Of a DNA stretch of 64,000 nt, positions 1-8,732 are shown piece after piece. The notes beneath the pieces were generated by a model. The model saw nothing but the letters and a program-made list of their open reading frames with translations. It made no database searches and was not told the DNA's origin. Source of the stretch: Candidatus Latescibacterota bacterium (lineage in GTDB: Bacteria > Latescibacterota > UBA2968 > UBA8231); NCBI GenBank assembly GCA_965242865.1, contig CBDETK010000013.1, positions 4,832,001 to 4,896,000 of the forward strand, written 5' to 3'. The translations under genes were made by a program, and so were the position numbers. How positions within the stretch are numbered: the stretch's first letter is position 1; each line of letters opens with the position of its first letter.

Positions 1-2358
1 TGTTTTACCTTTTGCGCGGAGTATTGGTGATCTGTCCACAAATATACCTTTGCCGGCGTTGACGTCGGCTCCGTTTTTAAGTAGGACTTCGGCGACCTCA
101 TAAGCGTTTGCAGATGCTGCAAAATGCAGCGGCGTATCGCCATCCTCGTCCTCCGCGTTGACTTTGGCTCCGTTTTTAAGTAGGACTTCGGCGACCTCAT
201 AAGCGTTTGCACCCGCCGCCACATGTAGCGGCCTATCGCCATCTTCATCCTCCGTGTTGACTTTGGCTCCGTTTCGTAGCAAGACTTCGGCGACCTCATA
301 AGCGTTTGCACCCGCCGCCACATGTAGCGGCGTAAAGTCTTTATCGCCCTTGGCGTTGACTTTGGCTCCGTTTTTGAGTAAGACCTCGGCGACCTCACAA
401 GCACTGGCATACGCCGCCAAATGCAGCAGCGTAAGGCCCTCCTCGTCCTTGGCGTTGACTTTGGCTCCGTTTCGTAGCAAGACTTCGGCCACCTCACAAG
501 CATTTGCCAACGCCGCAGCATGTAGCGGCCTACGGCCTTTATCGTCCTTGGCGTTGACTTTGGCTCCGTTTTTGAGCAAGACTTCGGCGACCTCATAAGC
601 ATTGGCCAACGCCGCCAAATGCAGCAGCGTATCGCCATCCTCGTCCTTGGCATTGACGTCGGCTCCGTTTTGTATCAAGACTTCGGCCACCTCACAAGCG
701 TTTGCAGACACCGCAGCACACAGCGGCGTATCGCCCTCCTCGTCCTTGGCGTTGACTTTGGCTCCGTTTTGTATCAAGACTTCGGCCACCTCACAAGCAT
801 TTGCCAACGCCGCAGCATGCAGGGGTGTATTATCTGCACACTCATAATCGTCATCGTCGCTTTCCATTTTATTTAAAAATGCCGTAAGGTGCGGCGAGAT
901 ATTGGCATGTAACGTGGCCTTCGCCTCGATGTCCGCCCCCTGATCCAGCAGGGATTGAGCGAGTGCAGGCAGGTTTAGCTGCACAGCATGATGCAGGTCG
1001 GTCACGCCTTTGTTGTACACTATATCCGGGGATGGATTGCGACCCACCTTCTCAACAAATTCCGCCTTCTCTCTCGCTTCTGCCTCTTCGCGCACCGTTC
1101 GTTCCGGGCTTGCAAGGTTTAGCGACCGGAAAATTTCATCCACTGCACTGAGCATCTTTTGCCGGATCACTCCCATCTGCTCCTTAATGGGCGCGAAATC
1201 TCGCTTTTGCGATTCTATCAGCTTGCTGACTTTTTCCCCTAAAACGTCCGCATCGTCAGCGCTCAACTCAGAAAGATGAAAGTCGATATCTGTGAGCTCG
1301 GTTGTCATCCACTTGGCCGTCCGTTCGTCTTTGAGAATGGCATTTGCATACATTTCAAAGACGTCATCAATCTCTTGCTTCAATTCCGCGCTCGCTCCTT
1401 GGGGCTGGTTTTGTGCGCGGAAAAAGTCCTCTAACGACTGCTCGTCGTAGAAGAATTCCTCGCCGCGCCGGGAGCTATACACGCTGATTCCGCAAGGCTC
1501 AATATCCGCGTCGGTCAGCGCGTTTTTCACCTCGTCCAGAATAGCCTCCAATTCGCCGCGCGGCTTGATATCCGCCTTGTTCAAAACCACGTATAACGGC
1601 AATGACCCCAACTCCAAATCCGCCAGAAATTCCAGATCCTCCTCGGGAACCGTGCCCGTCGCGTCTAGCCCAATCATCCAAATAAGCGCGTCCCGATCCT
1701 TGAGAAAAGCAGCGGCCGTCGTCCGGTCGTCGCTGCGGCCCCCCGGATTGTAGCCCGGCGTGTCGATCAAGCAGATGTTGGCAAACAGGTTGTCGCGCAA
1801 AGGAACCTCTACCGTGATGGAGGGCATGATGTGCTTGAGATTGAAGGAGAAGGTGTCGATGAAATTGTGGGACAGTTGGGAATACAGGGCCGGGTCAATA
1901 TCCACCGTATCGCCGCTGCGAGAAAAGCCCTTAATCGCCATCTCCGAATTGGCCATGACAAACGAAGGAATGGCCGTGGCCGGTTCGATTCGCTCCGGCA
2001 GCAAACGGTCGTATCCCTCGATAAAGCTATTGACGAAAGCCGACTTGCCGCTGCTGAACCCGCCGCCGATGGCAATGGCTCGCTTGGCGGAAAGGTGTGG
2101 AAAGGCGACGAGTTCCTTGAGCCGCTCGGTCAGCCGTTCCAAGCGCTCTATGGCGGTCGCTTCCTCAGCCAACGACGACTCCGCATCGGCAAACTCCCGA
2201 AACTCCCCGTTCAAGAGGGTCTCGAACTGCTTAAATTCTACGTGTTCATTGGGTTTGGCGGTGAGCAGATCGGAGACCAGTTTGTACTTTTTCTGCAAGT
2301 CCTCATGCTCTGAACGCAACCGAGCCGCGTCCTCTGCGACGAACGTACTCTCAGCCAT
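1..2358 (-). CDS. Dynamin-like GTPase fused to C-terminal ankyrin repeats (3' end beyond window)
   Basis: Manual translation. ATG at 2358 overlaps the upstream stop, and the frame stays open to base 1 (>=786 codons). MAESTFVAED..., G1 GGGFSSGKS, G2 PATA, G3 DTPG, G4 NKAD, a helical region, then repeats such as GDTPLHFAASANAYEVAEVLLKNGADVNA. Not in the ORF track because there is no stop in the window. Confidence 0.9.
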   Translation of the reverse strand, partial: MAESTFVAEDAARLRSEHEDLQKKYKLVSDLLTAKPNEHVEFKQFETLLNGEFREFADAESSLAEEATAIERLERLTERLKELVAFPHLSAKRAIAIGGGFSSGKSAFVNSFIEGYDRLLPERIEPATAIPSFVMANSEMAIKGFSRSGDTVDIDPALYSQLSHNFIDTFSFNLKHIMPSITVEVPLRDNLFANICLIDTPGYNPGGRSDDRTTAAAFLKDRDALIWMIGLDATGTVPEEDLEFLADLELGSLPLYVVLNKADIKPRGELEAILDEVKNALTDADIEPCGISVYSSRRGEEFFYDEQSLEDFFRAQNQPQGASAELKQEIDDVFEMYANAILKDERTAKWMTTELTDIDFHLSELSADDADVLGEKVSKLIESQKRDFAPIKEQMGVIRQKMLSAVDEIFRSLNLASPERTVREEAEAREKAEFVEKVGRNPSPDIVYNKGVTDLHHAVQLNLPALAQSLLDQGADIEAKATLHANISPHLTAFLNKMESDDDDYECADNTPLHAAALANACEVAEVLIQNGAKVNAKDEEGDTPLCAAVSANACEVAEVLIQNGADVNAKDEDGDTLLHLAALANAYEVAEVLLKNGAKVNAKDDKGRRPLHAAALANACEVAEVLLRNGAKVNAKDEEGLTLLHLAAYASACEVAEVLLKNGAKVNAKGDKDFTPLHVAAGANAYEVAEVLLRNGAKVNTEDEDGDRPLHVAAGANAYEVAEVLLKNGAKVNAEDEDGDTPLHFAASANAYEVAEVLLKNGADVNAGKGIFVDRSPILRAKGKT
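58..849. repeat. Eight tandem 99-bp units encoding 33-aa ankyrin repeats
   Basis: (G/A)TTGAC(TTT/GTC)GGCTCCGTTT recurs at 58, 157, 256, 355, 454, 553, 652 and 751. A degenerate ninth repeat (TDLHHAVQLNLPALAQSLLDQGADIEAK) lies at about 920-1010. Confidence 0.95.
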
Positions 2359-4549
2359 TATCAATCTCCTTCAATTCAGCGCTAAGACGGGTGATTCGCC
2401 CCAACTCCATGGTCTTATTTGCAATCGACTTTTCAAGTGAGGCGAGTTCCTTCTCAAACTTTTCCAGCAACCGCGTATCTAAATCAACGCGCCCCATCTC
2501 GGCGGTGAGATCATCAATGTACTCAAGCACCTCCTTGCGAAAGTCTCGACAAAACTTCGTAGAATAGTCGCATGCCTGTTGAAAAAATTTCTCCGCGTCC
2601 TCCCCTTCCAATACCCCTTGAGAAGTTAGGGTTGCTGGCAGTTGGATATTGTAGGTGAATGGTGAAACGGATATGGAGTTGACGGCATTTTTGATGATCT
2701 CGCGGACCCTCCATGCTTCTATCTCTTCATCGCCCAATTCTCGTCGCAAAATTTTGGTAAGCTCCCCATTGAGTCGCGCCCGCCACTGGTCCTTTTGGGC
2801 ATCTGTTTTCTCCGCAACCGTCTCCACCATTTCTTCACAAGACTTCGCCAAGCTCTCAACGACAGCGTTCGTGCGGATAGTCTCAATCCTTATACATTTC
2901 GTCCTCTTAAAGATGCCGGTTTGAAACGTTCTAGATGTTACGCCTCTTGTTCCATCTAAATCCGCTCGTAGCTGCCGATCGCGCCTTCCCAGTTCCTTCT
3001 TAAACTGGTCTTTCAGTTCTTTATTGGTCTGGTTGACCAATTCCTCGTGCGCCTCGCGAATGAGAAACGCCGTCTTTTCCAGCGACTTGAGCAAGCTGTC
3101 GCGCCGCTTCTTAAAGCTCTCAATCTCCATGTGCTCAATTTGGGTATGCCGCTCGTTCGCATACTTGAGGAGGCCGTTCTTTAGCTCGTGCAGCGACTGG
3201 AGCTTGGCGGCGATGTACTCTGTTTGTCGGGTCTTGATGATGGCGTCCTTTTGTTCGCGCACAGTGGCGACGATTTCCCGAATGCGCGATATGTTGGACA
3301 GCTTATCCAGACTGATACGCGATAATTCTGCATTTTCAGCCGAGAAATAGTTTTGATACTCAGCCAACAAATTGCCCCAAGCATGCTGCATCCCCTCGTC
3401 CCACTCATCTTTCTGCTCAAAACGCTGCTTCAGGCTTTCGCAAATGCCCGCCGTGTGAATGATTTTACCTCGCTCAAGCAACGGATCGTACGTATCGCCC
3501 ACTTCGGGATTGCGCTCCTTCAAATCGTCAATGACCTGCTCCAGATGGCTGCCAAGCACCTCCGTAGTGAGGCGGTCCAACGCACGATCCAAATTCCCGT
3601 TGCTCTCATCCTGCAAATTGCCGTAAAGCTGCATATCGGCTTGCGACGCCACCACGTATAGCTCGCGGATGCCTTCCTTCCCAGTGATGCGATCCATCAG
3701 GTTCAGATCCACGGTAGTCATAAACTGACCGGCCGGACTGACGATCAACACCACATCGCATTGACGCAGATGTTGTTGGGTGCGCTCCTCACGCGACCGA
3801 ACCGGATCGTTAATCCCCGGCGTATCCACAATTTCTATATCCCGCAAATTCTCTTGCGGCAACCGAATGTTGACGCTTTTGGTAACGGGCATGTAGCGGC
3901 CGGTCGCGCCGACGTAATCATCCAGTTGGTGCCGCAAATCGGCAAGCCTTGCCCATTGGAGCACGGTCTTTTCCTCGAGCGTTCCGATGTTGAGCATGGA
4001 CTTTTCGATCTTATCGTATTGATCATAAGCGGCGATCAAGGCGTCGTTGCCCTCCCTCATCGCCCGCTTCGCCCTGCTGCTCGCCCGCTCTTCTGGAGAT
4101 CGGCGCGCCCGAATTTCTTTTGCTCGTTCTTCGGTTAGAAATTTCTCGTAGAGCCGCTCTTCTCGCGTCTTGTATTCGCGGTACTTGTCCCTAATATGCC
4201 GTAAGTCCTCTTGGGTAAAAAACTCCACTTCCGCCGCTGGGCTTTCGCCATAAGAAAGCGTCGTCAAGGCCGCCGTCATGGGAGTTGCCGCCTTGGGCAG
4301 AATGCTTTCCCCCTGAAAGAGCAGGGCGTTTAGCAGCGAAGATTTTCCCGATTTGACCCGCCCCACAACGCCGATCTTGAGTAGGCGATTTTCACCTTCA
4401 ATGGCCGCCAGACTTGCTTGCAACTCCTTGGCCGCGGGAACGCCGTGTTCTTGAGCGAGGCTTGCCGCTTCATCCCCAAGAAAATCCTCATAGCGACCTA
4501 CGACCCGCTCCAGCTCGTCCCTATACGCGACGATTCCACTGTGTTCCAT
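2351..4549 (-). CDS. Dynamin-like GTPase, 732 aa
   Basis: G1 GRVKSGKS, G2 PMTA, G3 DTPG, atypical G4 SQAD, long helical C-terminus. RBS GGAGG upstream. Confidence 0.9.
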   Translation of the reverse strand: MEHSGIVAYRDELERVVGRYEDFLGDEAASLAQEHGVPAAKELQASLAAIEGENRLLKIGVVGRVKSGKSSLLNALLFQGESILPKAATPMTAALTTLSYGESPAAEVEFFTQEDLRHIRDKYREYKTREERLYEKFLTEERAKEIRARRSPEERASSRAKRAMREGNDALIAAYDQYDKIEKSMLNIGTLEEKTVLQWARLADLRHQLDDYVGATGRYMPVTKSVNIRLPQENLRDIEIVDTPGINDPVRSREERTQQHLRQCDVVLIVSPAGQFMTTVDLNLMDRITGKEGIRELYVVASQADMQLYGNLQDESNGNLDRALDRLTTEVLGSHLEQVIDDLKERNPEVGDTYDPLLERGKIIHTAGICESLKQRFEQKDEWDEGMQHAWGNLLAEYQNYFSAENAELSRISLDKLSNISRIREIVATVREQKDAIIKTRQTEYIAAKLQSLHELKNGLLKYANERHTQIEHMEIESFKKRRDSLLKSLEKTAFLIREAHEELVNQTNKELKDQFKKELGRRDRQLRADLDGTRGVTSRTFQTGIFKRTKCIRIETIRTNAVVESLAKSCEEMVETVAEKTDAQKDQWRARLNGELTKILRRELGDEEIEAWRVREIIKNAVNSISVSPFTYNIQLPATLTSQGVLEGEDAEKFFQQACDYSTKFCRDFRKEVLEYIDDLTAEMGRVDLDTRLLEKFEKELASLEKSIANKTMELGRITRLSAELKEIDNG

Positions 4550-4692
4550 TTCGTCCCTCCTTATAGCCGTCCTAAACGCCTTGAAAGCATAGAATGTTCA
4601 TCGACACCGTCTTTTTGCCTACGAGGCGTCATTTGAATGTACCGCCTAAACGCCGACCACTCAAGCTATCTGCCGGTCAACGCCGACCGCGC

Positions 4693-5180
4693 TCACAGCG
4701 GCATGTACTCCAGCCCAAAGACCCGCTCGACAAACCAACCCACCCCAAAAAGCCCAATCACGGCCGACACCACCAAGACGACCGTGCGCTGATAAGGCCG
4801 CCGACTGAGCCAAGCAACCAACGGAAAGACCAGCGCGACAATACCCACTTGGCCGATTTCCACGCCGGCGTTGAACGCAAACAGCGAGGCGACCAGCCCG
4901 TGCGTGGGCAGCCCCAACTCGCGCAGCACATTGGCGAAGCCAAATCCGTGGACCAGCCCAAAGGCAAAGGTGATCATCCAGCGGTAATCCGGGCGCTTGA
5001 GCCAGAAATTTTCCGCCGCCACGTACACGATGCTCAAGGCGATGGCCGCCTCGATCCACTCGCTCGGCAGACGGACGATTTCGAGGGCCGCCAAGCAGAG
5101 GGTGATGCTGTGGGCCACGGTAAAGGCCGTGACGACCTTGACCAGACTGAGCAGCCGACCGCCGACCACAATCAGTGCCA
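4693..5180 (-). pseudogene. HupE/UreJ-family membrane protein, N-terminally truncated
   Basis: Motifs TAFTVAHSITL, EAAIALSI, FGLVHGFGFA and FNAGVEIGQ. Similarity begins abruptly at LALIVVGG, with unrelated sequence upstream. Confidence 0.75.
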
Positions 5181-5331
5181 ACCAAATTCGTATAACTGGT
5201 ATTGAGCTTGTGGGCGCGAGCTGGAGTGGGGGCGGCCAAAAACAGCGGAATGTCGCAACGCAGGGCGATTTGCTTTTGCGCGGCCGCTTGGCTGACCGAA
5301 CCAACGGACGCATCGATCAAGGGCTTTAGTA

Positions 5332-6217
5332 ACCAATGGTGCTAGTCTGTTGACCGTGGTCCCGGTAGTTCCTACGCTGAGAGTATCCACCCTTTCAGCC
5401 CCGGAGCGTCCTGATGACCACGGCCGAGTTTATAATAGCCCTGTTCTACCGCATTGACAATCAAATGCTTGACGTGCCGAAACATCCGCAAGCGTCCCTA
5501 TACCCCAGTGAGGTGGTCACCTTAGGGATGTTGTATGCGCTCAAAGGCGGGGGTAAACGGGCGTTTTACCGCTGGCTGGTGCGGGACTGGCACGCTTGGT
5601 TCCCGCGCCTGCCGTCGCGCACGCGCTTGTTCCGCCTCTTCGCCGCCCATGCCGATTGGACCGACCGCTTCCGCGCCGAGCCGACGCCGTTAGGGGTGGT
5701 CGACAGCTATGGCATTGAGTTGATCCATCCGGTGCGTCAGGGTCGGGCACAGCACTCCCTCGGAAAGAAAGGGCTCTCCAATCACCGCTGGATCGTCGGC
5801 GGTAAGCTCTGCGTTATCGTCAATCAGTGGGGGCGGATCGTCGATTGGGATTGGAACACGGCATAAGTCCACGATTCGGTCTTTCATCCGATGATCCGAC
5901 GCTTCCAACAGCAAATGATCGTCCTCAGCGACCCAGGCTTTCATGCCAAAACCGGCGATCCGGCCAATCTGAAAGTCTGTCCTCGCAACACGTGGAACGA
6001 GCGGATGCTCATTGAGACCGTCTTTTCCATGCTCACCCGAATTAGCCGCTTTAAGCAGCAGACCCATCGGGCTTGGGCGTATTGTACTGCCCATCTCAGC
6101 TTTGCCATGGCCGCCTTCAACCTGCTGGTGCAGTGGCATGGAAGGCAGTCCGATGAAAACGGATTCGTCCCGTTGTCTATCGCCGAGTTCGGATTGTAAA
6201 ACACTAGCACCATTGGT
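5332..6217 (+). mobile_element. IS982-like insertion sequence, about 886 bp
   Basis: Terminal inverted repeats ACCAATGGTGCTAGT / ACTAGCACCATTGGT. 5-bp target duplication TAGTA at 5327-5331 and 6218-6222. Confidence 0.85.
5414..6199 (+). pseudogene. DDE transposase (IS982-like) with in-frame stop
   Basis: ORFs 5414-5866 and 5891-6199 share one frame, split by TAA at 5864-5866. DDE candidates VVDSYG, LSDPGF and RMLIETVFS. Confidence 0.8.
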
Positions 6218-6313
6218 TAGTAGGCAAGGGACCCGCTCGACTTCGAGTTGGTCCGACTCCAGCCGCGACAGGTCGAGCAAGTCGCCGAGCATTGCCATGA
6301 TTTCTGCCTCTTG

Positions 6314-6592
6314 CTAGTGGTAATCGACCAAGTCAACGTCGTACGCGTCGCCTTCTTCAAAGCGGAAGCTGATCTGCCAGTTGGCGGAAATCGAGATGCT
6401 CCAAAACTCTTTTAGATCGCCTTTCAGAGGGTGAAGTCGATATCCTGGTAAATTGAGATCCGATGGCTTGCTCGCGTCGTCGAGGTCCGCCAAAGCGAGT
6501 GCGATCCGTTGTGCCTGATCAGCACGTACTTGGCTCATATCTCCGCGCTCATACAACCGCTTGAGGCCGCGGTGTCGAAACGTCCAAATCAC
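6314..6592 (-). CDS. higB: HigB-type (RelE/ParE) toxin
   Basis: FRHRGLKRLYE...LNLPGYRLHPLKGDLKEFWSISISANWQISFRFEEGDAYDVDLVDYH. Probable GTG start at 6592. Confidence 0.88.
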   Translation of the reverse strand: MIWTFRHRGLKRLYERGDMSQVRADQAQRIALALADLDDASKPSDLNLPGYRLHPLKGDLKEFWSISISANWQISFRFEEGDAYDVDLVDYH

Positions 6593-6736
6593 AAATAAAG
6601 TCTGTCTAACTTCCCGCCTTTTTATGCTTGCTCTCAGCATGCATCTGTCGGCGAAAGGGAGGGGCTAGATTGTATCCTTGCTTAGACACTCCTTGATCAC
6701 GCAAGCACTGGAGCAACTCTCTTGCTTTCAGCACCT

Positions 6737-7165
6737 TCCTCACCAAAATTCGCGCCCAGTACTTGGGGCACGATGCCGCATCCGGCCGGGCGTGCGATCC
6801 CCTGCCGGAGCAATGCGAAAGAACGCTGGCAAGGCTGGCCGAGCTCGATGCAAAAAAAGCGATGGCCTTGCGCCGATATTTCAGCGAGATGTCCGCCGTG
6901 ATTGCGGAGATGCAGCGGGTTTTGAAAAAAGGCAAGGCGGCCGTGATTGTCGTCGGCACTTCGCATCTGCGCGGCATAGATGTCGAGACGCAAAAGGGGC
7001 TTGCCGCCATTGGCAAAAGCGTCGGTTTTGATTTGGCCGGAATCGGCGTCCGCCGCTTGGACCGCGACAAGCGCATGATGCCAGCGCGCTTGGGGCACGA
7101 AACGCCACTCGCAGATTGAGCAACGGATGCACGAAGAGTACGTGATTGGATTGGTGAAATCGTAA
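6737..7165 (+). pseudogene. C-terminal remnant of an amino (N4C/N6A-type) DNA methyltransferase, frameshifted
   Basis: YFSEM...EMQRVLKKGKAAVIVVGTS...RMMPAR. A +1 shift near 7090 continues as SQIEQRMHEEYVIGLVKS* (TAA 7163-7165). No start codon and no catalytic motifs. Confidence 0.6.
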
Positions 7166-7353
7166 TGTTGGGAAGAATCGAAGAATTGAGCAGAATCGCG
7201 TCGCTGGCAGATGGTACTGGCGACATAGACTGCATGTACCATTTTGCGCTGCGCGAATTAGCAGAATCCTCGGATGTTGAGCTATTGGAGGTGCTGGTCT
7301 CCGGCCGACGCTTGCGCGACATCAGCGACTTGCCGTTTGATTTGGCGATCTGA
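7165..7353 (+). pseudogene. Internally deleted NgoMIV-family restriction endonuclease
   Basis: SRIASLADGTGDIDCMYHFAL...GRRLRDISDLPFDLAI resembles the NgoMIV-family C-terminus. TAATG coupling to the MTase remnant. Only 62 aa. Confidence 0.75.
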
Positions 7354-7405
7354 GTATCGCCTTGCAAGCATGGAATGTTTATCGGTAGCGTCTTTTTTTT
7401 GAGAA

Positions 7406-7438
7406 GTCACTCCCGTGAAAGCGGGAATCCAATCTTGA
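7406..7438 (+). repeat. REP-like palindromic element
   Basis: GTCACTCCCGTGAAAGCGGGAATCCAATCTTGA. A related copy lies at 18241-18299 on the opposite strand. Confidence 0.6.
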
Positions 7439-7610
7439 ATGATGTAGCGTTGCTATATATCTGGAGATTGAGCCTTTGACGTAAGAACATCTACGACCAA
7501 AGATGTGGCAAAAAATAGATGTTTTTACAACGAAAGTGGAGTTACACAGCACAATGGGTTGCCTTTGTTGCTGGTTCCCGCCCACCATGTACCGTACGGA
7601 GAAAACACCT

Positions 7611-8723
7611 ATGAGTAAGGAAGCCCGCGCACTGTACGCGGCTATGGGGGCGACGCCCGTGATCAACGCCCTCGGCCCGCGCACCCTCTTAGGGGGATCG
7701 TCCCCCCACCCGGACATCATCGCCGCGATGGAACTGGCCGGCCGCTACTACGTTGATATGGATGCCTTTTTGGCGAGCACCGGGCGGGTCGTCGCCGACC
7801 TGCTCGGGGCCGAGGCCGCGCTGATTACCCCGGGCTGCGCGGCCGCGTTGGTCCTCGGCACGGCCGCTTGCATAACCGGCGTAGATCCGGAGAAAATGGC
7901 CCGCTTGCCCGATGCGACCAGCATGCCCAACCAAGTGGTCATCCAAAAGGCCCAACGCTACAAATACGACCGCATGGTGCGCCTGCCCGGGGCCACCCTC
8001 GTGGAGGCGGGCACCGAGCAGGGCACCACAGCCGACGAGCTGGCCGCAGCTTTTGGCCCCCAAACGGCCGCCCTCCTCTACCCGGCCATCGACACCCCAG
8101 CCGCCATCGTCCCGCTGGCCGAGGCCATTGCCATCGCCCACGCCCACGACGTGCCGATCTTCGTGGATGCGGCCTTCCGCGTCTATCCCCTAGCCGGCTT
8201 AACCCAATACATCGCGGCCGGGGCCGACTTAGTTGGCTACGGGGCCAAGTACGTGGGCGCGCCCAATTCTTCGGGCATCCTCTGCGGCCGCGCCGACTTA
8301 ATCGAAGCCGCCCACCTGCACAGCTTTGCCTGCTTTGAAACCCGCGACCTAGAAGGGGTTGGCCGCCCGCTCAAAATCGACCGCCAAGAAGTCGTCGGCG
8401 TGGTCGTGGCCCTGCGCCGCTGGCTGGCCATGGACCACGACGCCCGCAACCGAGGCGACGCCCGCCGCGCCGAGACCGTGCGTCAGCACTTGGGCCAACT
8501 GCCCCACGTGCAAAGCTCGGTCGATGGCGCGTCCCTGACGCTGACCTTGGACGAACCAGCCCTCGGCCGCACCGCGGCCGACCTAGAAAAAGCCCTGCGC
8601 AACGGCAATCCCTCGGTCTGGCTCTCAGCGGCCCCGGGCCAACTTCACTTGTCCATGCCCACCGTGGCCGACGGGGATGAGGAGCTTTTGGCCACGCAAT
8701 TGAAGAAGGCGTTAAGTGGTTAG
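7611..8723 (+). CDS. SelA-like PLP-dependent enzyme (DgaE-like ammonia-lyase family)
   Basis: PVINALGPRTLLGGS, GAEAALITPGCAAAL, VDAA, YGAKY (PLP lysine), GRPLKIDRQEVVG. RBS before ATG 7611. Confidence 0.8.
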   Translation: MSKEARALYAAMGATPVINALGPRTLLGGSSPHPDIIAAMELAGRYYVDMDAFLASTGRVVADLLGAEAALITPGCAAALVLGTAACITGVDPEKMARLPDATSMPNQVVIQKAQRYKYDRMVRLPGATLVEAGTEQGTTADELAAAFGPQTAALLYPAIDTPAAIVPLAEAIAIAHAHDVPIFVDAAFRVYPLAGLTQYIAAGADLVGYGAKYVGAPNSSGILCGRADLIEAAHLHSFACFETRDLEGVGRPLKIDRQEVVGVVVALRRWLAMDHDARNRGDARRAETVRQHLGQLPHVQSSVDGASLTLTLDEPALGRTAADLEKALRNGNPSVWLSAAPGQLHLSMPTVADGDEELLATQLKKALSG

Positions 8724-8732
8724 TGGGCTGGG

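Larger units (their letters stand above)
5200..6298 (-). pseudogene. Sensor histidine kinase fragment interrupted by IS
   Basis: Removing the IS and one TAGTA copy restores LGDLLDLSRLESDQLEVERVPCLLKPLIDASVGSVSQAAAQKQIALRCDIP, typical of the HisKA end and HATPase start. Confidence 0.65.

Noticed and set aside
58-876. Regular repeats as a possible CRISPR array; plus-strand ORFs at 350, 602 and 619
   Set aside because: The period is exactly 99 bp with no unique spacers. The minus strand encodes ankyrin repeats, so the plus-strand ORFs are antisense shadows.
4661-5320. 219-aa and 206-aa minus-strand ORFs as intact genes
   Set aside because: They are chimeric read-throughs of the kinase remnant and the HupE fragment across a rearrangement junction.
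6606-7367. 253-aa minus-strand ORF
   Set aside because: Antisense to the MTase and NgoMIV remnants, with no recognisable motifs.
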